From Takakia lepidozioides (taxonomy: Eukaryota > Plantae > Bryophyta), in contig CM060734.1 of the NCBI GenBank assembly GCA_030704615.1, positions 62,372,001 through 62,436,000 on the forward strand: DNA of 64,000 bases, written 5' to 3'. This document shows, piece by piece, positions 1-13,076 of the stretch (its first letter is position 1; each line of letters opens with the position of its first letter). The notes below the pieces were generated by a model. The model made no database searches. It worked only from the letters and a program-made list of their open reading frames with translations, and had not been told where the DNA came from. The position numbers and the translations under genes were made by a program.

Positions 1-1798
1 GGCGGTTAGAGCTCACGAGCTCGCGCCATAGCAGCGGTTGCCCTCATCCCCAGTTTATGATTTGGTGTCCTCTTTTCTGACTTTGTGCTCAGTTTTCTGC
101 ACTTTACGGATTAACTCAAACTCAGGATGAAACCCGTAACTCGGGTCCAAACAGGGTACCAAACTCAGGCTCACTTTCCGGATAACTCTAAAATGTTGTA
201 ATCTTGAGGGATAATAGAGTTATCCGTAAAGGGTCCCAAACTCGGCATGAGAACCCTGAGTTTGGCCAAAACTCAGTATGAAACTCGAAACTCAGGATCA
301 AGCGGCGCGACTAGAAAAAACCACGGGACCAAACTGCCAAGACTAGGAAAATGGGGGTGGCAGGAGTTTGGTGGCAGGTTTTGTTAGTCGTCGAGGCGGA
401 GGCGGTCCGAGCTCACGAGCTCGCGCCATAGCAGCGGTTGCCCTCATCCCCAGTTTATGATTTGGTGTCCTCTTTTCTGACTTTGTGCTCAGTTTTCTGC
501 ACTTTACGGATTAACTCAAACTCAGGATGAAACCCGTCACTCGGGTCCAAACAGGGTACCAAACTCAGGCTCACTTTCCGGATAACTCTAAAATGTTGTA
601 ATCTTGAGGGATAATAGAGTTATCCGTAAAGGGTCCCAAACTCGGCATGAGAACCCTGAGTTTGGCCAAAACTCAGTATGAAACTCGAAACTCAGGATCA
701 AGCGGCGCGACTAGAAAAAACCACGGGACCAAACTGCCAAGACTAGGAAAATGGGGGTGGCAGGAGTATGGTGGCGAGTTTTGTTAGTCGTCGAGGCGGA
801 GGCGGTCAGAGCTCACGAGCTCGCGCTATAGCAGCGATTGCCCTCATCCCCAGTTTATGATTTGGTGCCCTGTTTTCTAACTTCGTGCTCAGTTTTCTGC
901 ACTTTACGGATTAACTCAAACTCAGGATGAAACCCGTAACTCGGGTCCAAACAGGGTACCAAAATCAGGCTCACTTTCCGGATAACTCTAAAATGCTGTA
1001 ATCTTGAGGGATAATAGAGTTATCCGTAAAGGGTCCCAAACTCGGCATGAGAACCCTGAGTTTGGCCAAAACTCGGTATGAAACTCGAAACTCAGGATCA
1101 AGCGGCACGACTAGAAAAATCCACGGGACCAAACTGCCAAGACTAGGAAAATGGGGGTGGCAGGAGTTTGGTGGCGAGTTTTGTTAGTCGTCGAGGCGGA
1201 GGCGGTCAGAGCTCACGAGCTCGCGCCATAGCAGCGGTTGCCCTCATCCCCAGTTTATGATTTGGTGCCCTCTTTTCTGACTTTGTGCTCAGTTTTCTGC
1301 ACTTTGCGGATTAACTCAAACTCAGGATGAAACCCGTAACTCGGGTCCAAACAGGGTACCAAACTCAGGCTCACTTTCCGGATAACTCTAAAATGTTGTA
1401 ATCTTGAGGGATAATAGAGTTATCCGTAAAGGGTCCCAAACTCCCAAACTCGGCATGAGAACCTTGAGTTTGGCCAAAACTCGGTATGAAACTCGAAACT
1501 CAGGATCAAGCGGTACGACTAGAAAAAAACACGGGACCAAACTGCCAAGACTAGGAAAATGGGGGTGAAAGGAGTTTAGTGCCGAGTTTCGTTAGTCGTC
1601 GAGGCGGAGGCGGTCAGAGCTCACGAGCTCGCGCCATAGCAGCGGTTGCCCTCATCCCCAGTTTATGATTTGGTGCCCTCTTTTCTTACTTCGTGCTCAG
1701 TTTTCTGCACTTTACGGATTAACTCAAACTCAGGATGAAACCCGTAACTTGGGTCCAAACAGGGTACCAAACTCAGGCTCACTTTACGGATAACTCTA
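1..1798. repeat. Tandem array of ~400-bp units (4.5 copies visible, open at window start)
   Basis: Unit starts (ggcggt.aga gctcacgagctc) at 1, 401, 801, 1201 and 1609. Copies are near-identical; the 4th has an 8-bp duplication (cccaaact) at ~1441. Each unit contains 16-bp inverted arms TAGAGTTATCCGTAAA / TTT(C/A)CGGATAACTCTA. Confidence 0.97.
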
Positions 1799-2030
1799 AT
1801 TTGGTGAGGCAGTTGCCAATGCATGGTTAGATGTAGGGATTCTTCAGCTCTTTTACTCCTCTACTGTTGGGGGCGGTGAGTTGCTTCATGAGCTTACCAA
1901 CAGTTGGTGTGAACTGAGAGCTCGCTCCGTCTCCTTCCACAAACAAGTTACCATAAGTGCAGCATGCTTGAAGCACACAAGACAATGATCAATTTGGGAA
2001 ATTACCGTTACTTCTTATTTTCACTTACTA

Positions 2031-4400
2031 TCACCAATAATCTCCGCAAGAACAAAGCCCGTTCTTGAAGTGATGAAAGCGGCTGGCATCCCTTGCAACA
2101 ATTTCTCGCCCAACAATCTTGGAGATGAACTTGGTGGCAGCATGGCAATCGTCACATACCCGAAGATTCTTTATTATACGAATTGATGTGCCAGGGGACG
2201 TACTTATGAGCCCAAAAGCAATTGCCAGCCTTTCGCTGTGATGGCAGAGAGCCCATTCCTTTGCTTGCTCATCAACATCATGCATTACAAAGCGTGTATC
2301 AGGCACATACCCCACCTCCTTCATCTTCGCAGTCAATCTCTTCAATTCCGCATAGATCTCCTCTGTTTGTGGGTGTGATCTATCTTCTCTGAAGAAGGCA
2401 TGTACCTTGTTATTGACTTCAATGCAGCTACGCCCTGGCTCTTTTTTCACACCTCTTTCTTCCATAGTTCTTCTCACCTTTGCCACATCATCCCACTTAC
2501 CAGCCACAGAATAGACATTGGAAAGCAGCACATACACTCCAGCATTTTGGGGCTCCAATTTGAGGAAACCTGCGGCGATGCGCTCTGCCAGGTCAACATT
2601 GCCGTGCATTCTGCAGGCACCAAGCAAGGCCCCCCACACTGGAGCATCCGGTTCACATGGCATTTTTTTAATGAAGTTCTCTGCCTCATCCAATTGGCCT
2701 GCGCGACCGAGAAGGTCAACCATGCAGGCATAGTGCTTTCCTGTTGGTGTGATGCCATGCAGGTGCTTCATTGAAAGGAAGTAATGTTGTCCTTCGGCCA
2801 AGAGGCCTATATGGCCGCATGCGGAGAGAACACCAACAAATGTGACGTTGTCTGGTTTCACCCCTTCCAGTTGCATCTGTTCAAAGAGTTGGAGGGCCTC
2901 CTTGCCATGACCATGCTGAGCATAACCAGTGATCATTGCAGTCCATGAGACCACGTCACGGCCAAGCATTCTATCAAACACTTGCCGGGCATCCCACACA
3001 CTCCCACACTTGGCATACATGTCAACAAGGGTATTCCACAGAGAGACATCTGTAGCAAATCCAGACTGAATAACTTGGGCATGCACCCGTTTGCCCTCCT
3101 CCAGTGCTGCTAGTCTAGCACATGCGTTGAGGACGATAAGGAAAGTGACTTTGTCAGGCTTCACGCCTTTTAGTTGCATTTGCCGAAAAAGTTGGAGTGC
3201 CTCTGCTCCATGCTCTCCCTCAGCGAGTCCTGCAATCATCGCAGTCCATGAGACCACATTTCGGTCAGACATTTTGTAGAACAACTGTCGCGCATCCACA
3301 ACACTTCCGCACTTCAAATACATATTGACAAGGGCATTTCCCACTCGGACATCTAATTCAAATCCAGCTTCGATGATGTCTGCGTGGAGCTGCTTGCCCT
3401 GCTCGAAATCTGCTGGGCTCACACATGCATTAAGGATGCTTATGAAAGTGACCTTGTTTGGCTTCACGCCTTGTTGTTGCATTTTCCGGAAGACTTCAAA
3501 CGCCTCCTCACAATGACTGTCTTGAGCATATCCTGCGATCATCGCAGACCATGAGACCACATCCCGTTCAGACATTTTGTCAAAGACTTCGCGCGCCTCC
3601 ACCACGTTCCCGCACTTGCAATACATGGTGACAAGGGCAGTCCGCACTCGGACATCCGCGGCAAAGCCGGCTTCAACGATACTCGCGTGGAGCCGCCTCC
3701 CCTCTTCCAGAGCTGCTGGGTTGGCACATGCATTGAGGATGCTCATGAAGGTGATATTGTTCGGCTTCACGCTTTCTCGTTGCATTTGCTCAAAGAGCTC
3801 AAATGCCTCTTCATTGTGGCCTTGCTGAGCAGAACCCGCAATCATGGCAGTCCACGAGATCACGTTCCGTTTGGGCATATTGTCAAAAACCTGGCGCGCA
3901 TTCACAACACTCCCGCACTTCAAATACATGTTGACGAGGGTGTTTCCAAGGAAGACGTCTGGCTCAAATCGGCTTTTGATGATGTGGGCATGAACTCCTT
4001 TGCCATCTGCGAGGGCCTTCGTCCTGGCGTACTCTTGCAAGAGACGAACACACGTATCGGAATACACCCGAAAGCCTCGTTGCTCCATCAGGTCCAAATC
4101 GTTGCTTTCCTCCTTCAATCGTTCTTCCCAGAACACCGTCCTCACATCCCCACCAGCAGTTGCATAAGTGGCCGTGCAATGTCGCCCGCCATTCAGTCCG
4201 GCTCTTCGCACTCCACAAGAAGCAGTGGAGATGTTGATCATGTCAAGGCTCAGACCCTCGCCCCCAATTTGACGCCCTACAAACCAGTGATTCTGACTCA
4301 GGACTTGAGACCCAAAATCCGAGCATGAAGCTATGCATTTCCTGGAGCAAAGCGTCTTGGGAACACATAATTGCGTGTGGGGATGCACGATGCGGATCAT
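2031..4400 (-). CDS. PLS-class pentatricopeptide repeat protein with E and DYW deaminase domains (organellar C-to-U RNA editing factor)
   Basis: Intronless ORF with repeated P-L-S motifs (LVNMYLKCG..DARQVFD.M..RNVVSWTAMIAG), PG box (GVKKEPGRSCIEV), HSERLAIAFG, CDDCH and terminal CSCGDYW. First in-frame ATG is at 4400; the true start may be downstream. Confidence 0.97.
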   Translation of the reverse strand: MIRIVHPHTQLCVPKTLCSRKCIASCSDFGSQVLSQNHWFVGRQIGGEGLSLDMINISTASCGVRRAGLNGGRHCTATYATAGGDVRTVFWEERLKEESNDLDLMEQRGFRVYSDTCVRLLQEYARTKALADGKGVHAHIIKSRFEPDVFLGNTLVNMYLKCGSVVNARQVFDNMPKRNVISWTAMIAGSAQQGHNEEAFELFEQMQRESVKPNNITFMSILNACANPAALEEGRRLHASIVEAGFAADVRVRTALVTMYCKCGNVVEAREVFDKMSERDVVSWSAMIAGYAQDSHCEEAFEVFRKMQQQGVKPNKVTFISILNACVSPADFEQGKQLHADIIEAGFELDVRVGNALVNMYLKCGSVVDARQLFYKMSDRNVVSWTAMIAGLAEGEHGAEALQLFRQMQLKGVKPDKVTFLIVLNACARLAALEEGKRVHAQVIQSGFATDVSLWNTLVDMYAKCGSVWDARQVFDRMLGRDVVSWTAMITGYAQHGHGKEALQLFEQMQLEGVKPDNVTFVGVLSACGHIGLLAEGQHYFLSMKHLHGITPTGKHYACMVDLLGRAGQLDEAENFIKKMPCEPDAPVWGALLGACRMHGNVDLAERIAAGFLKLEPQNAGVYVLLSNVYSVAGKWDDVAKVRRTMEERGVKKEPGRSCIEVNNKVHAFFREDRSHPQTEEIYAELKRLTAKMKEVGYVPDTRFVMHDVDEQAKEWALCHHSERLAIAFGLISTSPGTSIRIIKNLRVCDDCHAATKFISKIVGREIVARDASRFHHFKNGLCSCGDYW

Positions 4401-4913
4401 CGCTCTCAAAGGGCAATCGGCCTGTATACACAATGAGCGTTTGCTACCCTTTGTTGGATCTGAAACTCTGTCATTCTGAAAAAAACACCTGCAAACACGT
4501 CATCTGCTTCCAAACACCCCCCCCGACTCTCCATTGCAAACATCTCTGCAGACAAATCTCCTCACCCTCTCTTTGCCAAACAAGAAGCTTGCAGGCAGGA
4601 TTGCGTCCATGGATTCATCACTCTCGCTCACTGCATGGACGCAAAGTGCTTCATCCATTGACGTCAAGAAGCTCATGGATGTTAAGCGATGTGCTAAGCG
4701 AGCTTAGGAGTGGCAGTTAGGGAGCGAGGGGAGGTTATTAGTGAGAGAGCAGCGAAGGAGGTGCGCGAGGGAGGATGGCGATTGGTGAGGAGGCGGGGAT
4801 TAGTGACAAAGCGAGGTTAGGGCATGAGCGGGGGCGGGGCGATGGGGAAGATGATGTGCAGCATGAAGGAGCCATGAAGGCATGGCGGATGCAAGCTGCT
4901 GACTAGGGCATCC

Positions 4914-7900
4914 ATGGCGCCTTCTCCTTCCCCGCCTCGCAGGCCTGCAAGCCCGCCGACGACTGCAGTGCACACACAAGCTTTGTCTGCCATAGCCAAC
5001 AATAATCACACGCAAGCAGGAGGAGCCGCGGGAGCAGCTTCCGGGCTGTCTCTTGGACTCCCGCACTCCAGTGGACAAGGTGGGAGCTTGGGCATCACCC
5101 CGCTCTCTGCACCTTTGAGTAGCTCACATGGAAATGTTGCAATCCAGGGCGCAGCGGTGGTTAATTCCGTGCAGGGCCCTGCGGAGGGGACCATCGGCCT
5201 TGCAAGAGTCAAACTTGCGGAAATGCTCCCGGAGGATGGAGCTGCATCGGTGGTGTATATGCGAGCAGTGGAGAGCCTTTCAATCTCACTGGCAAGAAAC
5301 AATGCTGCTATCGTCGAGTTGAACGGAGAAGACGCTGCTCTTGTGAGATGTGCATTGGAGTCTGCAAAGCTTTATTTCCGAAGCAGGGGGCAGGCAGCGG
5401 CATCTTGGACTGGACCAGATTGGACTAAATCAACGGGCTACTTGGCTGCTCCCTCGCGAGATATGTACTTCTACCGGGCTGGGAGGTGAGTTGTTGCTAG
5501 GTTTCAGAAATTGTTAGTGGCAAGGAAGCTTCATTGTCTGGTGACAAAATGTTGATAATTGCTGCGAGAACCAGGACATTTGACTGCAAACTCAGTAAAA
5601 CCATCACCCACTGTTCCTGTGCTATATTTGTAGAAACACCTTGATCACGTTTAAGCTGATTTGCGGATTGGGAAGAGAAACACATGGTAAGCATGGAAAG
5701 AAGAAGTGACACAACCTGATGTGGAGTGTCAAGAATCAGTCTTTGCTGGTGGGCCGGGTGGATAAAAAGAACGACGAGGAGCACCTGATCAATTGAAATA
5801 GGTGCTGTCAGGGCTTGCAGACTGCCTCCTAACAGGCAGGCAGTAGTAGGGTAAGATTTTATAAAGTGGGACAAAAACGAGACTGGTTATGGCTGATCTG
5901 CTAGCATGCTTTTTCCAGTCACACCTTGGTCCCTTGGGGTTTCACAATGAGTTAAGGTGATCTGCACATCGCCTGTAGTTGACACTTCATAGGCCTGCAC
6001 AGAAAATAACCAACAACTACTGCAACAAAGAAGTCAGGTGGAAGAGACCTGAGGATGTGGAAGAACAGAGAAGGATGGAAGTTTGGGGAAGTGACCACAC
6101 ATCACTTGGAGTTGACACTTCACACTCCTGCACAGAAAAAAACTAACAACAACAGCACCAAAGAAGTCAGGTGCAAAAGAGTCCCGAGGATGTGGAAGAG
6201 TAGAGAAGGATGTAGGCTTGGGGAAGTAGCTGTTTTATGAAGGAAATTGAAGGTGATCCTGTTTCTGGTCAGTACCTGTCTGTTGATGCTCATTGCCACA
6301 TGATGTGCAGAACTCTACAAGGTGAAGATCCGGAGCCACCACCTCCGTGCATGCCAGAGGTATTTCGATGTCTTGGGAAGGCATCGCGGGCTTCTTTAAG
6401 TGCCATAAGTCGCCATCTTCGACTCCGTGGGGAGTAAGTAAAAGTGCACAAACTTTTTTGTGACTCTGGATTGTGTATCATTTTCTTGGCTGCCCTCGAA
6501 ACCTTGCATATTTGATAATGCCAGATGAGCATAGTCTAGACATGCTGAGATCTGGCTTTCTCTATCAGTGATTAGTCTATATTGTGTGCATTGTGCAGTG
6601 TATTTGGTTCTCTTTTAGATGACTCCCCTTTGCCGCCAGGAGAGATTTCATCATCTTTTTTAACGGCAACATCCTTCCATGCTGTGGGACCTGGAAGCAA
6701 AGGTCTTCTGGGGGACTCTGCCATCACTCAAGAGGTTGAGAAAGGATTGTTGATGTTGATTGCTTCTGATACACCTGGATTGCAGGTGTGTACCTTTTAC
6801 CCTCAATTTGCCGATGGTCCTGGATGTATACTGTTTGTGATGAATCCATGCCATATACACAGCGTTTTTTTTATCAATTTGGTTTTTTTTCCATCCATGT
6901 TAACGGACACCTACTGAGGCATGCCTGCATACGAAATGCATCCGTCAGCTTTGTCAATGCTTGTCTCTGCCATGCAAACCTGGGATCATGCATAAGTCTC
7001 AAATGACCACATGCACGACACATGAACACATTCTTAACAAGTTGGTAGAGGTTGTCTTACACGGGCTCAAATCATTGTATGCCCACATATTTTCCTGATT
7101 ATTTGTTTCCTAGTTATCCAGTTGTACCACGCTAGTAATTTGTCAGTTGCTCAGGATGGGATGTCACATGTACATAGTCTTGCTTCATAGAGGTCGATCG
7201 TCTCTCACGAAGTTAGAGAAGGACTCACTTAGCTTCTTGACTGGGGTGGGTCCTACCTCAGACAGGTGAGATCTGCTATCTGCAACGGTTGCCATATGTT
7301 GCCCACATGCATGCTTTGTTTGCATATGCATATGCTGTAGTACACTTTGTTTTTGGCCCATGACATTTCTCAAGTTTGGGTCTGTCTTGGACCCTCAGAG
7401 ACATTTTGTCTCCTTTGCATGTGGCAACCTTTGAACCAAACAGACAAAACTCGTCCTATCTATATACGGACAAATTGGCTCTTCATAGTGTCCCCTGCAT
7501 TGTGGCGTCCGTCATTTATGTGGCTGGTTAAGGAGTGACAGGCATTTCCGTCATCCAGCTGTTCAGAATCATGTGAGCACGTGTTTTTGATAGACAATTA
7601 GGTACGAAATACAAGTCAATCTGAAGTAGCTGTGCATTTGTTGTGGCAGGTTTGTGATCCAAGTGGCCGCTGGTACTTGGCTGACAATGGAGTGGGTCCA
7701 GGAGATTTAGTGTTGCTCACTGGGAGAGCACTTCAGCAAGCAACTGCTGGGCTTCGTCGGGCTTCTGCATACCGGGTGGCGCCCCTAGCACCAACGTCCA
7801 TGTCTGCATATGCAGGGAGGTGCGTTAGTGTGTGTTGATAGGCATGTCAGGTATTGCGGTCTTTCAGCTCCTTTCAAGACATACCTGCAAAGTTTGCCGT

Positions 7901-10602
7901 AGTCGTTTATAGGTAAACTAGATGTTTTGAAGGCTGAAGTTCTGGGTTGAAAACTGGTATGTGGTAGGTTGGTAAGTCTTATGTCATGCTTGTATATGAG
8001 AGAACTGGCAGCTCGGGATGACTCTTGGAGTCATGGTTTTTATGAGCAGTTTCGTGGGATGCTAGACTTATGCAACTTATGATGTGTGAAGAGCAGAACA
8101 TCCTTGGCATTCCGATTAATGCCTCGTGGAAGTGCGACAATTGATTGCTCCCCATTAGCAGAAGCTGGCCATACTATTCCGGAGGGATATGGACCTCTTT
8201 CGGTGGCAGCATTCATGGATAATTTGAATGCAGCAGAGGTTGGGACTAATGGTTCAGATCTTGTAAGACCCTATACTGGCTAGAGGTGATCTCTGTTGTG
8301 TGTTTGCTCTATTAAACATTGCAGGCCTTGTGATAGATTGAAATGTTCTCTCTCCTCCATCTTCTTAGTTGGCCATATCATTTTTCATGGTCTTTATTTA
8401 ATGTCAGAGGAGACAGTCATGTGGTGTTTAGAGCTTCTGTTGACCCAATGTTCAGTTTTGCTGTCTATGGTATGTGTCAGGATTCGGCAAACACAAATGC
8501 AGAGCCCACGTTACGGAATGCCCTTTCTGATCCTCTGACGTAAGTTTGACCTACCTACTATTTGAGGCGCCATCCGGTGAAAGTCTTGACGTGCTGTGGA
8601 CTATGAATTTGTGTTTGAGTGGCTTACCATAGGCTTGCACAGTTCGTATTTAAATGACGATGGTAGGATTGTACATCATTTTAAAAAGGAGAAGCTGGGT
8701 GCTTCTCCGAGGTTTAACTGAAGCTGTGTGTTGGTGTTCCCACACAATCTCTCGTTCCCAAGAATCCCATGTATAATAAAAGTGAGACAACTCTTGGCTA
8801 ATGTAAAGTTGCCAACATCTCTACCCTTACATTTTGTGTGGGTGCTTCTCTGGGCTGTAGGGGTGCTCTGTTGGAGGATGCAATGGCGGCTCCCTGTGGA
8901 CATTCTTTTGGGGCTGGGACTCTCCGAAGAGTCTATGATTCAGTATGTACTCTGGTTTCGTCCTCTTATAATGCTGTAATGTTGGTCATCTTTTGGAATG
9001 AAAATGTCTGCTAGAGTTCTATTCTTGTCTTCTATAATACATCTTTCTTCTGCATGAAGCACTGTTGTGGCAGCTGGATATACTCTCAATAAAGTGAAGG
9101 TAAGGCATTAGAGGTTTCATTCTCCTGAAATCTTTAGCCATCTCAAACATACGGTTCAGTAATTACAGCGAAGTGTTGCACTTTCAGCACATCATTACAT
9201 GAAGGAAATGGTTCTCAGCAATGTTGAAGTTGCTTATGAAGTGCAGATAGAATGTCTATCTAACAGCAGTTTTGCTACTCTTCAGTCTCTTTATGGAGGA
9301 GTAGGTTAAATGTCCCTTCTGAAGGCTGGTGATTCTGATTTTTCAGATGGCTTGCATATCCTGTGGATCGGCTGTGGACGCCAGCTGTATGATTCAGAAC
9401 CTTGGTAAGTCCAGACAGAATGTGGTGCTTAGTGGATCTTCAGGTCTGTAATTGAGGATGAACTGGCTGCTAAGATTATAGGGGGTTTATGAGGTTTACT
9501 TCTTTACTTTTAGGGGGTTCTGATTGCTTGTGGATGCAATATGCTTGCTGGTTATGAAAGACTGGTTAATATTATTGGAGGTTGGCTGTCTTACTGGCAT
9601 GGTTGAACTGGTGAAATGAACATGGAATTCAGCCTTAAGAGCAGCAGCTGCAGCCTTCAAACGTGAGGAGCGAAGTAGACAGATGCATGCTGGATCTGTG
9701 CGAGGAACCAAACGCAAGAAAGAACCTGGAGAGCAAGCTGACCCCTCTAGATTAAAGCGACCTAACAAGGTATTTGTCTGTGCTGGTTCTATTCCTTCCA
9801 TTTTGCAAGCTGGGAGGAGTCCCAACAAAGCAGACTGTTGCCCAGGGTCAAAAGTACCTTGTACCATTCATTTTACTTCATACTGTTTTTGTTGACATCA
9901 ATGCTTGTCAACACAAGCCCGACAGGCTGTTAGGCTGATGCATAAGTCTGCAGATTAACCATTTTATTGTTTTATTCCAGGATCATCCCCACTCGCCAAC
10001 AGACAAAGACAATATGCCGCGGATTGGAGGCAAGGGTGTCCAATATCCGTTTTCTGTAAATGAGAGGGTCATGATAAAGGTGACGTTCATGTCTGGGCAC
10101 TTTCGAATTTGTTCTACTTGTGACCAAGATTAAGAAGGACCTGCTGGGCCCAAAATCCAGCCTTTTGATATATGAGTGTTTTGTCCATTTTGGCAGGGGA
10201 ACAAACGCACACCAGAGAAGTTTGTTGGAAGAGAAGCATCAATCACGTCACAATGCTTAAATGGCTGGTATTTTCACTAATTTCGTGTAGCTGTACACTC
10301 GAATCTTGTCGTGTGTTGATTGCAAGCACAGTATCTTCTGGCTGTCCTTTGCTCCCTTTGGTCTTGTTCTACCAGTGGCCAAGTAATATGCCACAGGTGA
10401 TAGTCTCATTTTTTTCCCCCTGACCTGCCCCCTCTCTTTCTCTTGTGGGCTTGACACATGAGTTCTGTTGGGAAGGTACTTGGTGCGAACATTGGACAAT
10501 GGTGAGAGTGTTCGTCTGCAGTATCGTTCCTTGGCAAAGGCAGTCGGAGATCACAATGGGGTGAGCGATGATGCTCATGTCCCATCCAATGTCCATACAT
10601 AA
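4914..10602 (+). CDS. Multi-exon PUB62/PUB63-like U-box protein with N-terminal 2OG-Fe(II) oxygenase-like region
   Basis: GT-AG exons reconstructed by eye: 4914-5485, ~6312-6433, ~6599-6785, ~7650-7818, ~8097-8262, ~8481-8539 (EPTLRNALSDPLT), ~8861-8943 (GVLLEDAMAAPCGHSFG), ~9347-9405, ~9632-9769 (ALRAAAAAFKREE), ~9981-10079 (GVQYPFSVNERVMIK), ~10197-10267 (GNKRTPEKFVGREASITSQCLNGW), ~10476-10602 (YLVRTLDNGESVRLQYRSL). The U-box and C-terminal motifs match my recall of the plant PUB62/63 family. Confidence 0.85.
5979..6227. repeat. Diverged ~130-bp tandem duplication in intron 1 of the U-box gene
   Basis: gttgacacttca...cctgcacagaaaa...caaagaagtcaggtg...gaggatgtggaaga...ttggggaagt occurs at ~5979 and ~6110. 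Confidence 0.8.
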
Positions 10603-12960
10603 CAGAAACTGTTGTATCCAAGAACGCGGCACTGCAAGGACAACTTTTGAGGGAGCTTTTGTAAGTGATGTGGGTTTTGCTCTTCCAGTGATGGCAGACC
10701 ACACTTTTTCCTGAAGGGTTAACCCTGTCCTTCCCTCATGTGTGCATGAGGTACTTTCTATAGTGGCTCTTTCTTCTCGTCGACCCCGCAAAGTGTATCG
10801 CATGGCTGGCTGCTCCACTTTTCTGGTCTAGAATGTGGTTGGCATAACCAGGCCAACAAGTCTAAGTTGAATGAGGGAGCTCTAGCTCCGTGCCCTGTGC
10901 AAGAATGGGATTCAGCAGTGAACATTAGATCCAGAGTTTTGTTGCCCTTCAATACTGGAAACAAGAGGTTCTTTTATTTGCGGCTTTGGCTAATCTGGCC
11001 TGAAAATCACCCTGGAGGGTATTTATGAAATAGAAATTACATCTTTCTACAACAAACAAGGCCAGTCATCCCACCTCCTTCCTGAAGCATCATGATATAT
11101 TTTGCTGTGTAGTATACATCTCCTGCAGATGGCATCGCCATTATTATCTTCAGCCACATCAGGTGGCACACTGCAATCTAGAGAGCCAAACTTCTCCTCC
11201 CAACTGTCGTTTAATTGCAAGGATGCAGTCCAGAAGGAAAGGCAGTGACTGTGCGACTAATCTTTGTAAAGTAGCAGATTGGTTTGTTCCAGTAGTTTGG
11301 TAGTTTGGAGACAATCGCACTTACAATTCGTTCAGCAGGTGAAGTTTGATGTTCAATCGACCCCGGGTTTGCATTGATACTTTTCTTAGACAAGGTAACA
11401 GCTTTTTGGGTCCTAAGAAATAAAGTCTGCAAATTTGCACAGTTAATTTCATATCGCAAATGTTGTGTTTGGTTTTATCACTCCCATGCATTAGAAGCCC
11501 AGGCCAAGGACAATTGGTATGTCAAAATGGCACTTGAGATGTGGTCTCAGTTGAGGCCTTGCTTGGATGGTTTACTAGTATGTTGGGTATACCCTCTTGT
11601 TTGCTTGTTTGGATATGAGACTCCATCTGTATGAAGGAAATAGTCTCTTGGCAGTTCTGCACCATCAAGGAGTACACTGCAGATAGTGTTGAACCAAGAT
11701 CTGTAACCTTGGCAGACACCACAAGGTTATCTTTTTGCTGCCGCTGTAGCACATCGTTTGCTTGCTGTTACAGTGTGTTGCATCTCCAAGTGACGAGGCT
11801 TCAATGCTGTGCGGACAGGTGAAGAAACGTCTGCAAGTCTGCAGTTTCCTTGGCCATCTCCTTGCTCTATTTCTCTATGGCTTTTCATTATGTGCAACCC
11901 CCTACTCTAAGGAAATCGGAGACTTCTATTTGCTGTAGTTAGAAATGTGTCTCCCATTGGAGAACTGTACTCTACAACCAAGGGAGCACAATCTGTGAAT
12001 CCATCTCTGTGCTAGCAACAATCCATCAAGAAGGTGCTCGACAAGTAAGAACATGGTCAGTGAGCTGGACTGGCCTCTCTTTTGCTTCTGCAAATCAAGT
12101 GGAGGCAAGGTCGTCTTACATGCAAGGGCTCAAACATGATGTCAAGCGACCTGCCTGCCTCTACACCTTGAAATCCTTCTTCCTGAAAAGGCCGAACACT
12201 ACTCCAGACGTACTTCAGGAGGTGCGCTCATTCCTTCAGGCCTCCACGAGCTTATGGCTATGGATATGACCTTCTAACCAACTCTGAATCGACAAAGACT
12301 CATGTTACTGCAGTTGCACGCTAATGTCTGAATGGAACTTAAAAGAAGAAGGTTGACTTCTTCAAACCAAAAGATCAAACTATCAAGCTGAGGTTGCAGC
12401 CTGTGAGAACACTCTCGGCACGTTGACAGGGCATGTGAGCAACACGAAGGTCGGAGAAAGAGAGAGAAGGGAGCACTGGAGCTATATGAGTGAGTTCCCA
12501 TCTGGTACAGGTATCATGCAAGCGCATTGGTCTTGTGGGCGCTCGATTGCGAAGCTGTTTACGTCCATTATTGAGATGTAAGTACCAGCGTCTGCTCTGT
12601 TTTCAACCGTGGGGTGCTCTTCAAAGTGCTGCGTTAGTCCCACTTTGATTGCGAATTCATTAGTGCAATGATCTTTCAATACGAGCCGTAGGCTTCCGCC
12701 TTAGACCCGGCGTCTCAGTTGGTTGGCGATCGTTGTCTGGAACTGCAAATCTGTCCTCGACTAAAACATACCATTTGTGAGTTGAGCTTGGTCTAAAATC
12801 TTGTGGAGACCTTCAAAGTACGGTGACTACAGGAGGCACGGAGCAGATTTTGCAAGTACTCTTATGGCCATATAATTTTTCCTCCACAAAGCTTTTACCC
12901 CCAAAGGACGACTCAACTTTTCTAAGTTAAAAAATGAATGAGAAGAAGTGTGTCAGTGGG

Positions 12961-13076
12961 GCACATGCAGGAAGTCCAGGTAAACACGGGAAGTTGAACT
13001 TAGCTGGCCTCTCTTCTTTTTTGCACATGCAGGAAGTCCAGGTAAACAGTGGAAGTTGAACTAACCTGGCCTCTCT
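12961..13076. repeat. ~62-bp tandem duplication
   Basis: gcacatgcaggaagtccaggtaaaca..ggaagttgaact...ctggcctctct occurs at 12961 and 13023. Confidence 0.85.

Noticed and set aside
1-1798. CRISPR array or 5S rDNA array
   Set aside because: The spacers are near-identical rather than unique, there are no cas genes, and no 5S rRNA sequence is recognisable in the unit.
2400-4328. Plus-strand ORFs overlapping the PPR gene
   Set aside because: These are antisense shadows of a repetitive coding sequence with no independent motifs.
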